Part shown: piece after piece, positions 8,990-16,567 of the stretch | Layout of the letters: each line of letters opens with the position of its first letter | Position numbering within the stretch: position 1 is the first letter of the stretch | NCBI GenBank assembly: GCA_043801595.1 | Contig: JAZDLW010000007.1 | Span: 1 to 24,661, forward strand | Length of the DNA stretch: 24,661 nucleotides | Source: Candidatus Aenigmatarchaeota archaeon | GTDB lineage: Archaea > Aenigmatarchaeota > Aenigmatarchaeia > JACPZZ01 | Reading direction: 5' to 3' | The notes under the pieces: model-generated | What the model was told of the DNA's origin: nothing | Databases searched by the model: none | Seen by the model: the letters and a program-made list of their open reading frames with translations, nothing else | Program-made: the position numbers and the translations under genes

Positions 8990-10366
8990 ATGACTAAAGT
9001 ATCAGATTTAATTGTATCAAAATTCGGTGGCAGCGTTCTGAAAGATGCAAACGCTTTCAGGGACGCGGCAAACTATCTTTCCGGCAGGAACGCCGTTGCT
9101 GTGGTTTCTGCGATGCAAGGATTTACGAATGTATTCAAGAATGCATATGAAACGGCGAACTCCGGAAAATATATGTCCGGGTTTTCCCCCGCAAAGACGT
9201 ATATGGAAGTAATCGACACTCTCCCGTCAGGTTTGAAGCAGACCGCTGCTGTGGAGATGACAGGGGAGCTTGGGCTCCTGAAAATTTATGCAAAAATAGG
9301 AGCCCGTGACGCCTTCATAGGTTCGTCGGAAGGCCATTCTGCGATCCTTCTGAAATATCATCTCATGGCATTAGGAAAAGATGTTATTCATTTAACCGGG
9401 CCCGACGCGGGATTTTATCTCAACGGACATGGATTAGTAGACATGGAAAAAAGCAGGGAACATTTGGAATCCGTAGTCGGCGACAAACTCAAATCAGGTC
9501 AAAGGGTTGTTGTTGGCGGGTATCTCGGAATCGGAACCGACGACTCAGCCGAGCATGTTAAATTGGGCGCAAGAAATATTAACGATGCATTTGCACCGGC
9601 ATTGGCTGACGCGTTGGGCGCAGCAGTTGTGGAAATCATCAAAGACGTGCCGGGTGTTTATCGTGTGCCGCCCGTTTTCGGGGATTATGGTTTGTTGAAC
9701 GTCATAAGTTACGACGAAGCCAGAAAAATGTCGTGGCGCGGTTCGCCTGTAGTTCATCCATCCGCAATAAGAATTGCACAGAACAGAAACATACCGATGA
9801 TTGTAAAAACTATGGATAGCGAGGGCACGAAAATATCCGTTGCGTCACAAACAAACCTTCGCAAACCCGTTGCTGCACTTGTGGCAGAACGGATGCGTAT
9901 GGTAAGCGTACGCGACGATATCATGGATACGCCGGAAGGCAGAGGATATCTTGCCGCGATATACCGGTTTGAGAAAAATTACGGCGTTGATATAATTACC
10001 GATGCCACAGATTTTAGCGGTATTTCTTATACAGCAATGCTCGGCGACCGGAAAGATTCCAATAGAAGTGCGGAGGTTATTTTCGGTGAACACAACGAAA
10101 AGTTAGCAGAGCATCTACGCTCTCTGGGTTACAAGCCCGTAGTCGATGGCGAAGAAGTGGGCGTAATTACAGCTGTAGGTGACTGTATGCAAAACAAACC
10201 GGGTGTATTATCACAGATTACGGCCATTCCAGCCGCTCGGGGTATTTCCATACGGTCCGCTGTGCAAAGTGATGAAAAATATGCGCCTCCCAGCATAACA
10301 CTCGTGGTAGACAGCGATAAATTGGAAATGACTGTTAAAGCGTTAGCGGAAGACCTGTTTGCATAA
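8990..10366 (+). CDS. lysC: Aspartokinase-family protein with C-terminal ACT domains, divergent
   Basis: SKFGGS, VVSAMQG, DVPGVY, ISYDEA..M...GSPVVHP and ACT-type VGDCMQNKPGVLSQI. Confidence 0.85.
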   Translation: MTKVSDLIVSKFGGSVLKDANAFRDAANYLSGRNAVAVVSAMQGFTNVFKNAYETANSGKYMSGFSPAKTYMEVIDTLPSGLKQTAAVEMTGELGLLKIYAKIGARDAFIGSSEGHSAILLKYHLMALGKDVIHLTGPDAGFYLNGHGLVDMEKSREHLESVVGDKLKSGQRVVVGGYLGIGTDDSAEHVKLGARNINDAFAPALADALGAAVVEIIKDVPGVYRVPPVFGDYGLLNVISYDEARKMSWRGSPVVHPSAIRIAQNRNIPMIVKTMDSEGTKISVASQTNLRKPVAALVAERMRMVSVRDDIMDTPEGRGYLAAIYRFEKNYGVDIITDATDFSGISYTAMLGDRKDSNRSAEVIFGEHNEKLAEHLRSLGYKPVVDGEEVGVITAVGDCMQNKPGVLSQITAIPAARGISIRSAVQSDEKYAPPSITLVVDSDKLEMTVKALAEDLFA

Positions 10367-10373
10367 GCGGAAT

Positions 10374-11027
10374 TTATTCCGCAATCTTCATTGTCCCTGT
10401 TGGAAGGTGCGAAGATATTTCTTCAACCGTTATTTTTTCTATGCTGTTTTTGTGCTCGGGCAGTGCTTTCAGCAAAATCCTGCGTTTTATTTCTTCTACC
10501 ATTGTTTCCGCTGCGTTTGTACCGGGCAGCAAAGTTAAAAAATAGTCGGAATTTTTCCGTGTCGCCATTACCGGTCCGGTTATCAGCAGCGCGTTTCCGG
10601 AACCGTCCATCTTGACGCCTATTGAAAGTTTGACGTCGATTTTGTTGAAAAACTTCTTTTCACCGTTCACGAAGAAATAGCCTTTTGCCAGCAATTCGCC
10701 GGAAGGGATTGTTTTCGAAAGTTGTGCGGGTTTTACGCAGTAAACATCTGCGTTTTCCAGTTTGTCGTGCCAATCGCAGCAATTGGCAGCCGCAAATTCA
10801 ACCGCCTCTTTTAGCGCAGTCTCGCTCAATTGGTTGTTCGTCTTGAGCATTATGAACGGTTCGTTCGCGCTTTCGGATCGGATTATCAGATCATTCTCCT
10901 CTGCGCATTTCGTTACAAGTTTCTCTTTTTCCGCTGCATTCGCTGCGATGACAACAACATAGCCATCGCTGGTTGCGAAATTCCTGAATTTTGTGTGCCA
11001 GTTCTTCGGCAGTTTTTTAATTGGCAT
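10374..11027 (-). CDS. Stand-alone NFACT-R (DUF814) RNA-binding domain protein, related to the Rqc2/RqcH C-terminus
   Basis: WHTKFRNFATSDGYVVV..NA..E.LV.K...NDL; EAVEFAA; VYCVKPAQLSKTIPSGELLAKGYFFVNGEKKF, matching archaeal Rqc2 WYEKFRWF.SSDG and QVSKT.PSGEYL.KGSF.I.G. Confidence 0.8.
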   Translation of the reverse strand: MPIKKLPKNWHTKFRNFATSDGYVVVIAANAAEKEKLVTKCAEENDLIIRSESANEPFIMLKTNNQLSETALKEAVEFAAANCCDWHDKLENADVYCVKPAQLSKTIPSGELLAKGYFFVNGEKKFFNKIDVKLSIGVKMDGSGNALLITGPVMATRKNSDYFLTLLPGTNAAETMVEEIKRRILLKALPEHKNSIEKITVEEISSHLPTGTMKIAE

Positions 11028-11033
11028 CTGTCA

Positions 11034-11360
11034 TCATCTTTTTAGTTTTGTTCTAAGTTTCATAAAGTTATATGCGATAAAAACCGCAAGGGCCATGGTA
11101 CCTATCAATAAATAATCAAGCTGCGAAGATCCGGTGCTGGGCGCCGCAATCGTGGTTGTGGTGGTCGCGTTTGAAAGTTTGCAGTCCTGCGGACAACTGT
11201 TGGCTTCGAGTCCTTCGCAGATTCCATTGCCGCACGTGTAATTTTGCGGCCGCATCTCCGCTGCCATTCTTTGGTGATACGCGTCGAGCGTTTCATTAGG
11301 CAGCATCGAAGCCGAGGCTAAAGGAATCATCAGTATTAATGCGATAAGTAAAATTTTCAA
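11034..11360 (-). CDS. Small secreted, membrane-anchored Cys-rich surface protein
   Basis: Likely TTG start at 11360 giving signal peptide MKILLIALILMIPLASA. Then a CGNGICEGLEANSCPQDC motif, a Thr/Ser linker, a C-terminal TM helix and a basic tail. Confidence 0.75.
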   Translation of the reverse strand: MKILLIALILMIPLASASMLPNETLDAYHQRMAAEMRPQNYTCGNGICEGLEANSCPQDCKLSNATTTTTIAAPSTGSSQLDYLLIGTMALAVFIAYNFMKLRTKLKR

Positions 11361-11361
11361 A

Positions 11362-12354
11362 TCAAACGCCCGCAACCCAGTATATGGAGTTTATTATCGA
11401 CTTTTGTTCGTCCGCGCCCGGCAGTCCGAGTTTCACTTCGCATCCGCCGCCCCGCGCGGAATGTCCCCACTGTATAAATGCGCTTTCCCCGTTTCCGTAA
11501 TTGTTTGTCAGCAGATAATGATCTGTTACTCCCGCACCTCCGAATATCTCGGTCGCGGTTGTCTTGTGCTCCCCGCTGGAATGCGTGCTTTGCACCGATA
11601 ATATCGACGGCAATGCGTACGGCTTTTCCGTGATTTTATCGGTTATTAGTTTATTCGTTGCGATTCCCGGACAACAGCTTTCCAGGACATCCACACCCGC
11701 GACTGTTTGGAGTATCTGGTTTTTATCCTGATAAAACGAGTCGTGTGTAAAAACAATGCTTTTGCCGGATGCGACAAAGTTTTCCAGTTTCTGCTGTTTG
11801 TTCGTGCTCATATCGCTCGGTCCGGCGTCAACGCCGTCAAAAGCGACAACATTGTAAAGCGAGAGGTCGTACGAATCCGTGAACGAGCTTTCATGGATGC
11901 AATCCACTATCATCGGAGGATAGCCGTTTTTGTTTGCAAAGTTGGCTGCCATATCGTCGATAAAGCATTCGCATCGGTATATACTCAGAACCTTGATAAG
12001 GTTGTACTTTGTTTTCGTTTCAACGCCGATCGATGAGCTTAACAGTCTGATGGTATGGTCTCCGGACGTAGCCGGCAGGTTTTCAAGGAAAACCTTTCCA
12101 GCAGTGCCCGGAGCTATTGGCGAGGGAAGATTCGCATTAACCTGTTGCCCATCGACAAAAGCGGTCAGGCTTGAAATCACATCAGTGCCAATGTTATTTA
12201 CAAGAATTTCCCCGTAATTCGCGCCGATTATTTTGAATGCCTGTGAAGTTTGCGAAGATGCCATGGAATTGAACCAGGCATACGCGGCGCCCGTAAGGCC
12301 GACAGTAATCAACATCATCATGATCAGTGAAATTACGGGTGTTATTGCTTTCAT
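11362..12354 (-). CDS. Archaeal type IV pilin-like protein (class III signal peptide) with a C-terminal class I GATase-like/ThuA-like domain
   Basis: The ATG at 12354 gives MKA|ITPVISLIMMMLITVGLTGAAYAWF. TTTTATAC lies about 25 nt upstream. The C-terminal part has YNVVAFDG..LENFVASGKSIVFTHD..YGNGESAFIQWGH. Confidence 0.75.
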   Translation of the reverse strand: MKAITPVISLIMMMLITVGLTGAAYAWFNSMASSQTSQAFKIIGANYGEILVNNIGTDVISSLTAFVDGQQVNANLPSPIAPGTAGKVFLENLPATSGDHTIRLLSSSIGVETKTKYNLIKVLSIYRCECFIDDMAANFANKNGYPPMIVDCIHESSFTDSYDLSLYNVVAFDGVDAGPSDMSTNKQQKLENFVASGKSIVFTHDSFYQDKNQILQTVAGVDVLESCCPGIATNKLITDKITEKPYALPSILSVQSTHSSGEHKTTATEIFGGAGVTDHYLLTNNYGNGESAFIQWGHSARGGGCEVKLGLPGADEQKSIINSIYWVAGV

Positions 12355-12388
12355 ATTATCATTTCGTTTGAGTATAAAACACTTTAAC

Positions 12389-12925
12389 TCAGGATTTCGG
12401 AACATCCTTTTGCTTCGCATTCGCACCCGCCTTTTTCTCGGTAATCTGCTCCCCGACCTTTTTCTTTATCTCGTCGAGTGTTGTTCCGAAATAGTTTTCA
12501 AACTCCTGTGTCACGTAAACCTCTTTTGTCCTTCCCTTTTTCACGGTCTTTATCATTCCGCGCATTTCAAGTTTTTTTATGTAGTTATAGACCTTGTTTC
12601 CCTGCATTTTCACAAGGTACGCTTGCGTTGCAGGATGTTTGTAGACGATCAATGCCAGCGTTTTTAGAACGCCTTCCGACAAATCCGAGTACGGCGACAA
12701 ATGCGATACCTTTCCGATCAGTTCGGTTTTGACGTGTATCTGCCATCCGATTGGCGATTTCGAAATCTCTATTCCGCGGTCCGAGTAATCTTTTTTCAAC
12801 TCCTCGATTAACGTTTCGACGTCCTTTTCCTTTATGTCGGCTATGTCAGCCAAGTTCTTGGCAGAAAGCGGGTTTTGTGACAGGAACAAAGCAGCTTCAA
12901 CCAATTTTTTGGGTTTTTCGTCCAT
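12389..12925 (-). CDS. scpB: SMC-Scp complex subunit ScpB
   Basis: LVEAALFLSQNPLS, L..DY..RGIEI, LSEGVLKTLALIVYKHPATQ, YVTQEFENYFG. Confidence 0.92.
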   Translation of the reverse strand: MDEKPKKLVEAALFLSQNPLSAKNLADIADIKEKDVETLIEELKKDYSDRGIEISKSPIGWQIHVKTELIGKVSHLSPYSDLSEGVLKTLALIVYKHPATQAYLVKMQGNKVYNYIKKLEMRGMIKTVKKGRTKEVYVTQEFENYFGTTLDEIKKKVGEQITEKKAGANAKQKDVPKS

Positions 12926-12951
12926 TCGTTGGCACCAATGTAATTATTATT

Positions 12952-13026
12952 CGACGCTTCTGAAAAAGGTTCTGAACTCGATAACCGACAAATCAATGGA
13001 AAACTTCGGTTTTCGTGCATAGAAAG
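12952..13026. repeat. Degenerate A-type remnant plus B-type palindromic repeat
   Basis: cgacgcttctgaaaaaggtt resembles cgaccttttctgaaa at 14630. caatggaaaacttcggttttcgtgcatagaaag (12994..13026) contains the GAAAAC-TTCG-GTTTTC hairpin and matches the B copies at 14645 and 19232. Confidence 0.65.
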
Positions 13027-13144
13027 TACCATATATATTAGGCTAGTTTCACGAACAAAGCTTCAACTAGATTGAAAAAAAGGAAAAGAAGTAGCGATTC
13101 ACCATTTTCATAGTTTTGTTCGTTGGTTTTGACACATGCTGATT

Positions 13145-13183
13145 AGCTTTAATCAAACTTTTCTAAAAAGTTTAGATTAAGCT
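13145..13183 (-). repeat. A-type palindromic repeat, hairpin at the stop codon of the small membrane gene (possible terminator or 3' stabiliser)
   Basis: agctttaatcaaactttt-cta-aaaagtttagattaagct is an 18-nt-arm inverted repeat with two bulges. A T-rich tract follows on the minus strand at about 13072..13090. Confidence 0.7.
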
Positions 13184-13482
13184 TCTTGTAGCAATGTCAA
13201 CGCAGCAAGCAAAGCTCCGACCAAGACGGCTATGCCGCCCAAGACGCTAAACAGCCCTGCTAGCTGACCACCGAAAGACAGCGAACCCAAACCAATTGTT
13301 GCCAATGTGGCGGTTCCCATGGTTTCAGCCGTTACTCCGGACAGGAGTAGTAAAACTCCGCCCGCAGCAATCCAGCTAAAAGCCTTTTCTGCCATCTTTC
13401 GAAGACCTGTGTACTCAGCTAATGCGAGTACAACGAACACACCTATGACCGGACTACTCAATAGTTCCAAGCCAACAGTCAT
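13177..13482 (-). CDS. Small very hydrophobic membrane protein (101 aa, about 3 TM helices)
   Basis: Strong SD AGGTGA 7 nt upstream of the ATG at 13482. Gly/Ala/Leu-rich TM segments. Confidence 0.8.
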   Translation of the reverse strand: MTVGLELLSSPVIGVFVVLALAEYTGLRKMAEKAFSWIAAGGVLLLLSGVTAETMGTATLATIGLGSLSFGGQLAGLFSVLGGIAVLVGALLAALTLLQEA

Positions 13483-13529
13483 GTCGTTTTCACCTACAAC
13501 TAATTGGAAGGTCATTGATTTAAACACAG

Positions 13530-13571
13530 ATACGTCAATAAACGATATTTATACGTCAATAGACGATATTT
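13530..13571. promoter_or_regulatory. Tandem 21-bp direct repeat with palindromic cores, putative transcription-factor operator pair
   Basis: atacgtcaataaacgatattt (13530..13550) and atacgtcaatagacgatattt (13551..13571) differ by 1 mismatch. The core is CGTC-N4-GACG. Confidence 0.7.
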
Positions 13572-13593
13572 TAGCGCAAAAACCAGTGTTAGA

Positions 13594-13962
13594 TCAACGC
13601 AACGGTTTCTTGTGCTCCCGTGCCAGCAGTAGCGCAAACAGAATCAACAGCAAGGCAGCGTAGTACTTGAAGAAGAGTGCGAAGAAAATCAACGATCTGG
13701 CAACAGTGCTATCGTAAAGCACATACGGATCTCCGAACACGCCGCCCACAAGCGCGTTGTACGAATGGTACGAAGCCTCGGTCAGGTTGGCAGCTCCGAT
13801 TATGAGTATTGAAACGACCAACCCTAGCCACGATAGTGGTCTTTCCTTCTCCTTGTAGCTGTTATAAACGAATTTTAGAATGAAATATGACGCGAAAATG
13901 TAAACGAGCGTTAACGAGAATCCCGAAAATATCAGGAAATTCCAAAGATAGGTGTTGACCAT
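13594..13962 (-). CDS. Hypothetical membrane protein (122 aa, about 3 TM helices)
   Basis: Three hydrophobic segments and a basic C-terminal tail, directly downstream of rpl18. Confidence 0.75.
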   Translation of the reverse strand: MVNTYLWNFLIFSGFSLTLVYIFASYFILKFVYNSYKEKERPLSWLGLVVSILIIGAANLTEASYHSYNALVGGVFGDPYVLYDSTVARSLIFFALFFKYYAALLLILFALLLAREHKKPLR

Positions 13963-14001
13963 GATAATACTTTTGGTTTTGGCTCAAATAAGTTCGCTGT
14001 C

Positions 14002-14571
14002 TCAGAATTTTGCTGCAATCGCTTTCTTAATTTCCTCGAAGTGCGTCGAAATTTCTTCGGGCTTTATTCCGGCCTTTGCGTACGCTGCGAACCGTTTTTT
14101 CAACTCGGATTGGTCGGATTTTTTCAATGCTTCGGCATAACCGGCTATATGCTTTCCGCTGATCCTGTCCATTGTCGGTAGTATTGCCGGATCGTGCGGA
14201 ATCTTCATGCCCGCATCAACCGCGCCTTTCAAAACCGCGTAAATTCCGCCGCCTTTTGTTGAGTCTTGCAACCCTATATCCATAACAGCTTCGTCGGCCT
14301 TGCCTTTCGCCTTCATTCCACAGAGGAATCCGGACAAGTATGCCGCAGGTAAGTTTCCGGTCGGCAGTTTCCAGCCAAAGTTTTTTAATTCCAGGCTGTT
14401 AACAGCCGCGATGGCTTTGTCGCCTCTTGGCGTGTAGCTCACAATCTCCACTATGTAGTTTTTCAATGTCCTCCTTACGACAAATCTCGGTTTCTCGGAT
14501 CGCAGCAGGTTTAACCGCTTGTTGTAGTCTGTTCTTTGTTCTTTTCTGCGCCTGAATTGTAAACTCGTCAT
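14002..14571 (-). CDS. rpl18: 50S ribosomal protein uL18
   Basis: FRRRKEQRTDYNKRLNLL, GNLPAAYLSG, AVLKGAVDAG. Confidence 0.96.
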   Translation of the reverse strand: MTSLQFRRRKEQRTDYNKRLNLLRSEKPRFVVRRTLKNYIVEIVSYTPRGDKAIAAVNSLELKNFGWKLPTGNLPAAYLSGFLCGMKAKGKADEAVMDIGLQDSTKGGGIYAVLKGAVDAGMKIPHDPAILPTMDRISGKHIAGYAEALKKSDQSELKKRFAAYAKAGIKPEEISTHFEEIKKAIAAKF

Positions 14572-15140
14572 TTCTTTTCACTCTTTTTCATTCTCTTTTG
14601 ATCAAACTTTTCCGAAAAGTTTGTTTGGTCGACCTTTTCTGAAACAATGGAAATCTTTGGATTTCCATGCACAGGAAGCTTTGTTTCCTGTGAGATCAGG
14701 TTGTGTTCTTTCAGGTAGAGTTCCAAGTGTTTCCTGCTTCGGAACACGCCACCCTTTGAAAGCTTGTATAATTTTTTGTACGTTTCGTTGTTTATTGTTC
14801 CCGATGCTTTTAACTCACGGATCATCTGTCTCTGCGGTCGTATTGTTCGTATCCATCTTGCCTTTTGTTCATTGCCTGTTCTGGATTTGAAAGATCCTTT
14901 CCTGCTTCCGTGCCCGCGTCTTCGTCCTTTCTTTTTCTGTGCAGCGCGTACAGCTATCTGCGTTTTTGAAGGCGCATCTTCAGGAGCCTTTTCAATTGCG
15001 CCGCTTTTTATTAATTTTCTAACGTCTTCCCTTGTTATGGCTTCCGAAATATCTTTTAGTCTCAATGGCTCCATCCACACCTTGTGCTGGCCGCACTTCA
15101 AGAGTTTTGAAGCCAATCTTCTTTGTATGCTAAGGTTCAT
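14568..15140 (-). CDS. rpl19e: 50S ribosomal protein eL19 with a repeat-derived C-terminal extension
   Basis: QRRLAS..LKCG..KVW, AITREDVRKLI, KGRRRGHGSRKG, WIRTIR. About 40 extra residues follow YLKEHNLI. Confidence 0.96.
   Translation of the reverse strand: MNLSIQRRLASKLLKCGQHKVWMEPLRLKDISEAITREDVRKLIKSGAIEKAPEDAPSKTQIAVRAAQKKKGRRRGHGSRKGSFKSRTGNEQKARWIRTIRPQRQMIRELKASGTINNETYKKLYKLSKGGVFRSRKHLELYLKEHNLISQETKLPVHGNPKISIVSEKVDQTNFSEKFDQKRMKKSEKK
14597..14692. repeat. Composite A + partial A + B palindromic element inside the rpl19e coding sequence
   Basis: tttgat-caaacttttccgaaaagtttg | tttggt-cgaccttttctgaaa | caatggaaatctttggatttccatg-cacaggaagctttgtttcctgtg, 96 bp with these boundaries. 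Confidence 0.8.
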
Positions 15141-15145
15141 TCATT

Positions 15146-15484
15146 TCACCGGTTCAATATTTTTATTTTCGCATCATCGGCCTTCTTGATTATTGCAGCC
15201 CTTTTCTTTCCGCCCACGGACGATGCTATCCGCACCGCGGTCTTTTTGTCCGCCAATTTTGTTATCGTATCCAACTGTTTTTCATTGTGTACCAGCATTT
15301 CCTTGAAACCTGACGGGTGGAATCCTCTCGTGCTGGCGTTTGTGCGATGTCCGACTTTTACGACCCACGCCTTACCGCCTTCGCGCATGCGCATCTTGGA
15401 GTTTATGCCTCTTGGCTTTCTCCACGCTTTGTTATTCACCCTCTTTTCCGCGTACTTTTCCTGCCTTCTGAAATCCTTGCTCAT
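15146..15484 (-). CDS. rpl32e: 50S ribosomal protein eL32
   Basis: FRRQE..KRV..WRKPRGINSKMR, RGFHPSGFKEMLVHN. Confidence 0.96.
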   Translation of the reverse strand: MSKDFRRQEKYAEKRVNNKAWRKPRGINSKMRMREGGKAWVVKVGHRTNASTRGFHPSGFKEMLVHNEKQLDTITKLADKKTAVRIASSVGGKKRAAIIKKADDAKIKILNR

Positions 15485-15485
15485 A

Positions 15486-16010
15486 TTATCGACCCTTTGC
15501 TGTTATGAAAATTCCATCCTGGAAAACCCTTCTGTCATACGCTTTTATCCTTGTTGCCATTTCCATGTTCGACGCTGTTCGACTTACGTCTTCTATGTTC
15601 GAGCCTGTTACGAAAATCTGGTCTCCCTTTAACTCGACTTTCGTGCCCCCTATTATGCGTGCAATTCTTGGCGTGTGTTCCCCGAGGAAATTGTTTATGA
15701 AAATTTTGTCCTTCTCGACTTTGACCGTCATCGGAAAGTGAAGGTACAGTATTTTCAGCGTGTATTCCCAGCCTTCGGTGACGCCTTTGATCATGTTATT
15801 TATGTGCGATGCGATTGTTCCGGCCATGGCTTTTACGACTCTTCTCTTGTTTTTCGGGTTTATCGTTATTGTGCTGCCCTCGACTTTTATGTCAACCGCG
15901 TTTAATCGCATCGGTTTTTTCACAGTGCCGAGTTTGCCTTGTACGACTATCTCATCCTCGCCTATTTCAACTTTCACGTCTTTTGGTATTTCAAGCACGG
16001 CCATATTCAT
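15486..16010 (-). CDS. rpl6: 50S ribosomal protein uL6
   Basis: HINNMIKGVTEG, YLHFPM, NFLGE, DRRVFQDGIFI. The start could be 16013, 16010 or 16004. Confidence 0.96.
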   Translation of the reverse strand: MNMAVLEIPKDVKVEIGEDEIVVQGKLGTVKKPMRLNAVDIKVEGSTITINPKNKRRVVKAMAGTIASHINNMIKGVTEGWEYTLKILYLHFPMTVKVEKDKIFINNFLGEHTPRIARIIGGTKVELKGDQIFVTGSNIEDVSRTASNMEMATRIKAYDRRVFQDGIFITAKGR

Positions 16011-16012
16011 CA

Positions 16013-16399
16013 CTAGTATACAAACGAAAGCAATTTCCCTCCGACGCTCTTTGACTTGGCATCTTTGTGGTCCATCACACCTTTGCTTGTCGTAAGGATA
16101 AGTATGCCAAAGTCCTTTGCCGGCAGGTAGTTTATCTCGATTTTTTCTATGCCTTTTGCTTCAACCGAGTTTCTGGGCGATACGACGCCGCAGTCGTTTA
16201 TTTTCATTATCAGGTCGATTTTAAATTTTCCTATCTTTTTGTCGTCTATCAGTTCAAAGTTTCCTATGTAACCGTCTTTTTGCATTACCAGCAGCACGTC
16301 TTTTATCAGATCGGACGCGGGCGTAACGCATTCCTTTTTGCCCGCATGCTCGGCATTTCTGATTACTGTCAAAGCCTCGTTTAACAAATCTTGTCCCAT
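16013..16399 (-). CDS. rps8: 30S ribosomal protein uS8
   Basis: D.L..AL..I.NAE, YLPAKDFGILILTTSKGVMDH, GGKLL. SD AGGTGA lies before the ATG at 16399. Confidence 0.96.
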   Translation of the reverse strand: MGQDLLNEALTVIRNAEHAGKKECVTPASDLIKDVLLVMQKDGYIGNFELIDDKKIGKFKIDLIMKINDCGVVSPRNSVEAKGIEKIEINYLPAKDFGILILTTSKGVMDHKDAKSKSVGGKLLSFVY

Positions 16400-16408
16400 A
16401 AATTTCAC

Positions 16409-16567
16409 CTAATTATATTTCTTGAATCCTACGCTTTTCGCTACTTCGCGGAAGCATTGCCTGCAATAGTTAAGTCCGTATCTCCGGATTATTGCCCCGT
16501 ATCTGCCGCATCTCCTGCACGTTCTCGAACCGGGCCCGAAATGTCTTTCGCGTTTTACAGCCTTCAT
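16409..16567 (-). CDS. rps14: 30S ribosomal protein uS14 (Zn-binding C+ type, 52 aa; not in the ORF track)
   Basis: Manual translation [56 protein letters not shown] overlap with rpl5. Confidence 0.96.
   Translation of the reverse strand: MKAVKRERHFGPGSRTCRRCGRYGAIIRRYGLNYCRQCFREVAKSVGFKKYN

Noticed and set aside
12355..12426. N-terminal extension of the pilin-like ORF given in the ORF track
   Set aside because: It overlaps scpB and the candidate TATA box. The class III signal peptide begins at ATG 12354.
12841..13032. 63-aa minus-strand ORF (MVLSMHENRSFPL...)
   Set aside because: It overlaps scpB out of frame, and its N-terminus is just the translated B repeat.
12926..13176. tRNA or other known ncRNA in the larger spacers (also 24158..24450)
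   Set aside because: I could not build a cloverleaf or find a T-loop in the right context. The hairpins are explained by the repeat families.
13530..13571. CRISPR array
   Set aside because: Only two directly adjacent units, with no spacers and no cas genes.
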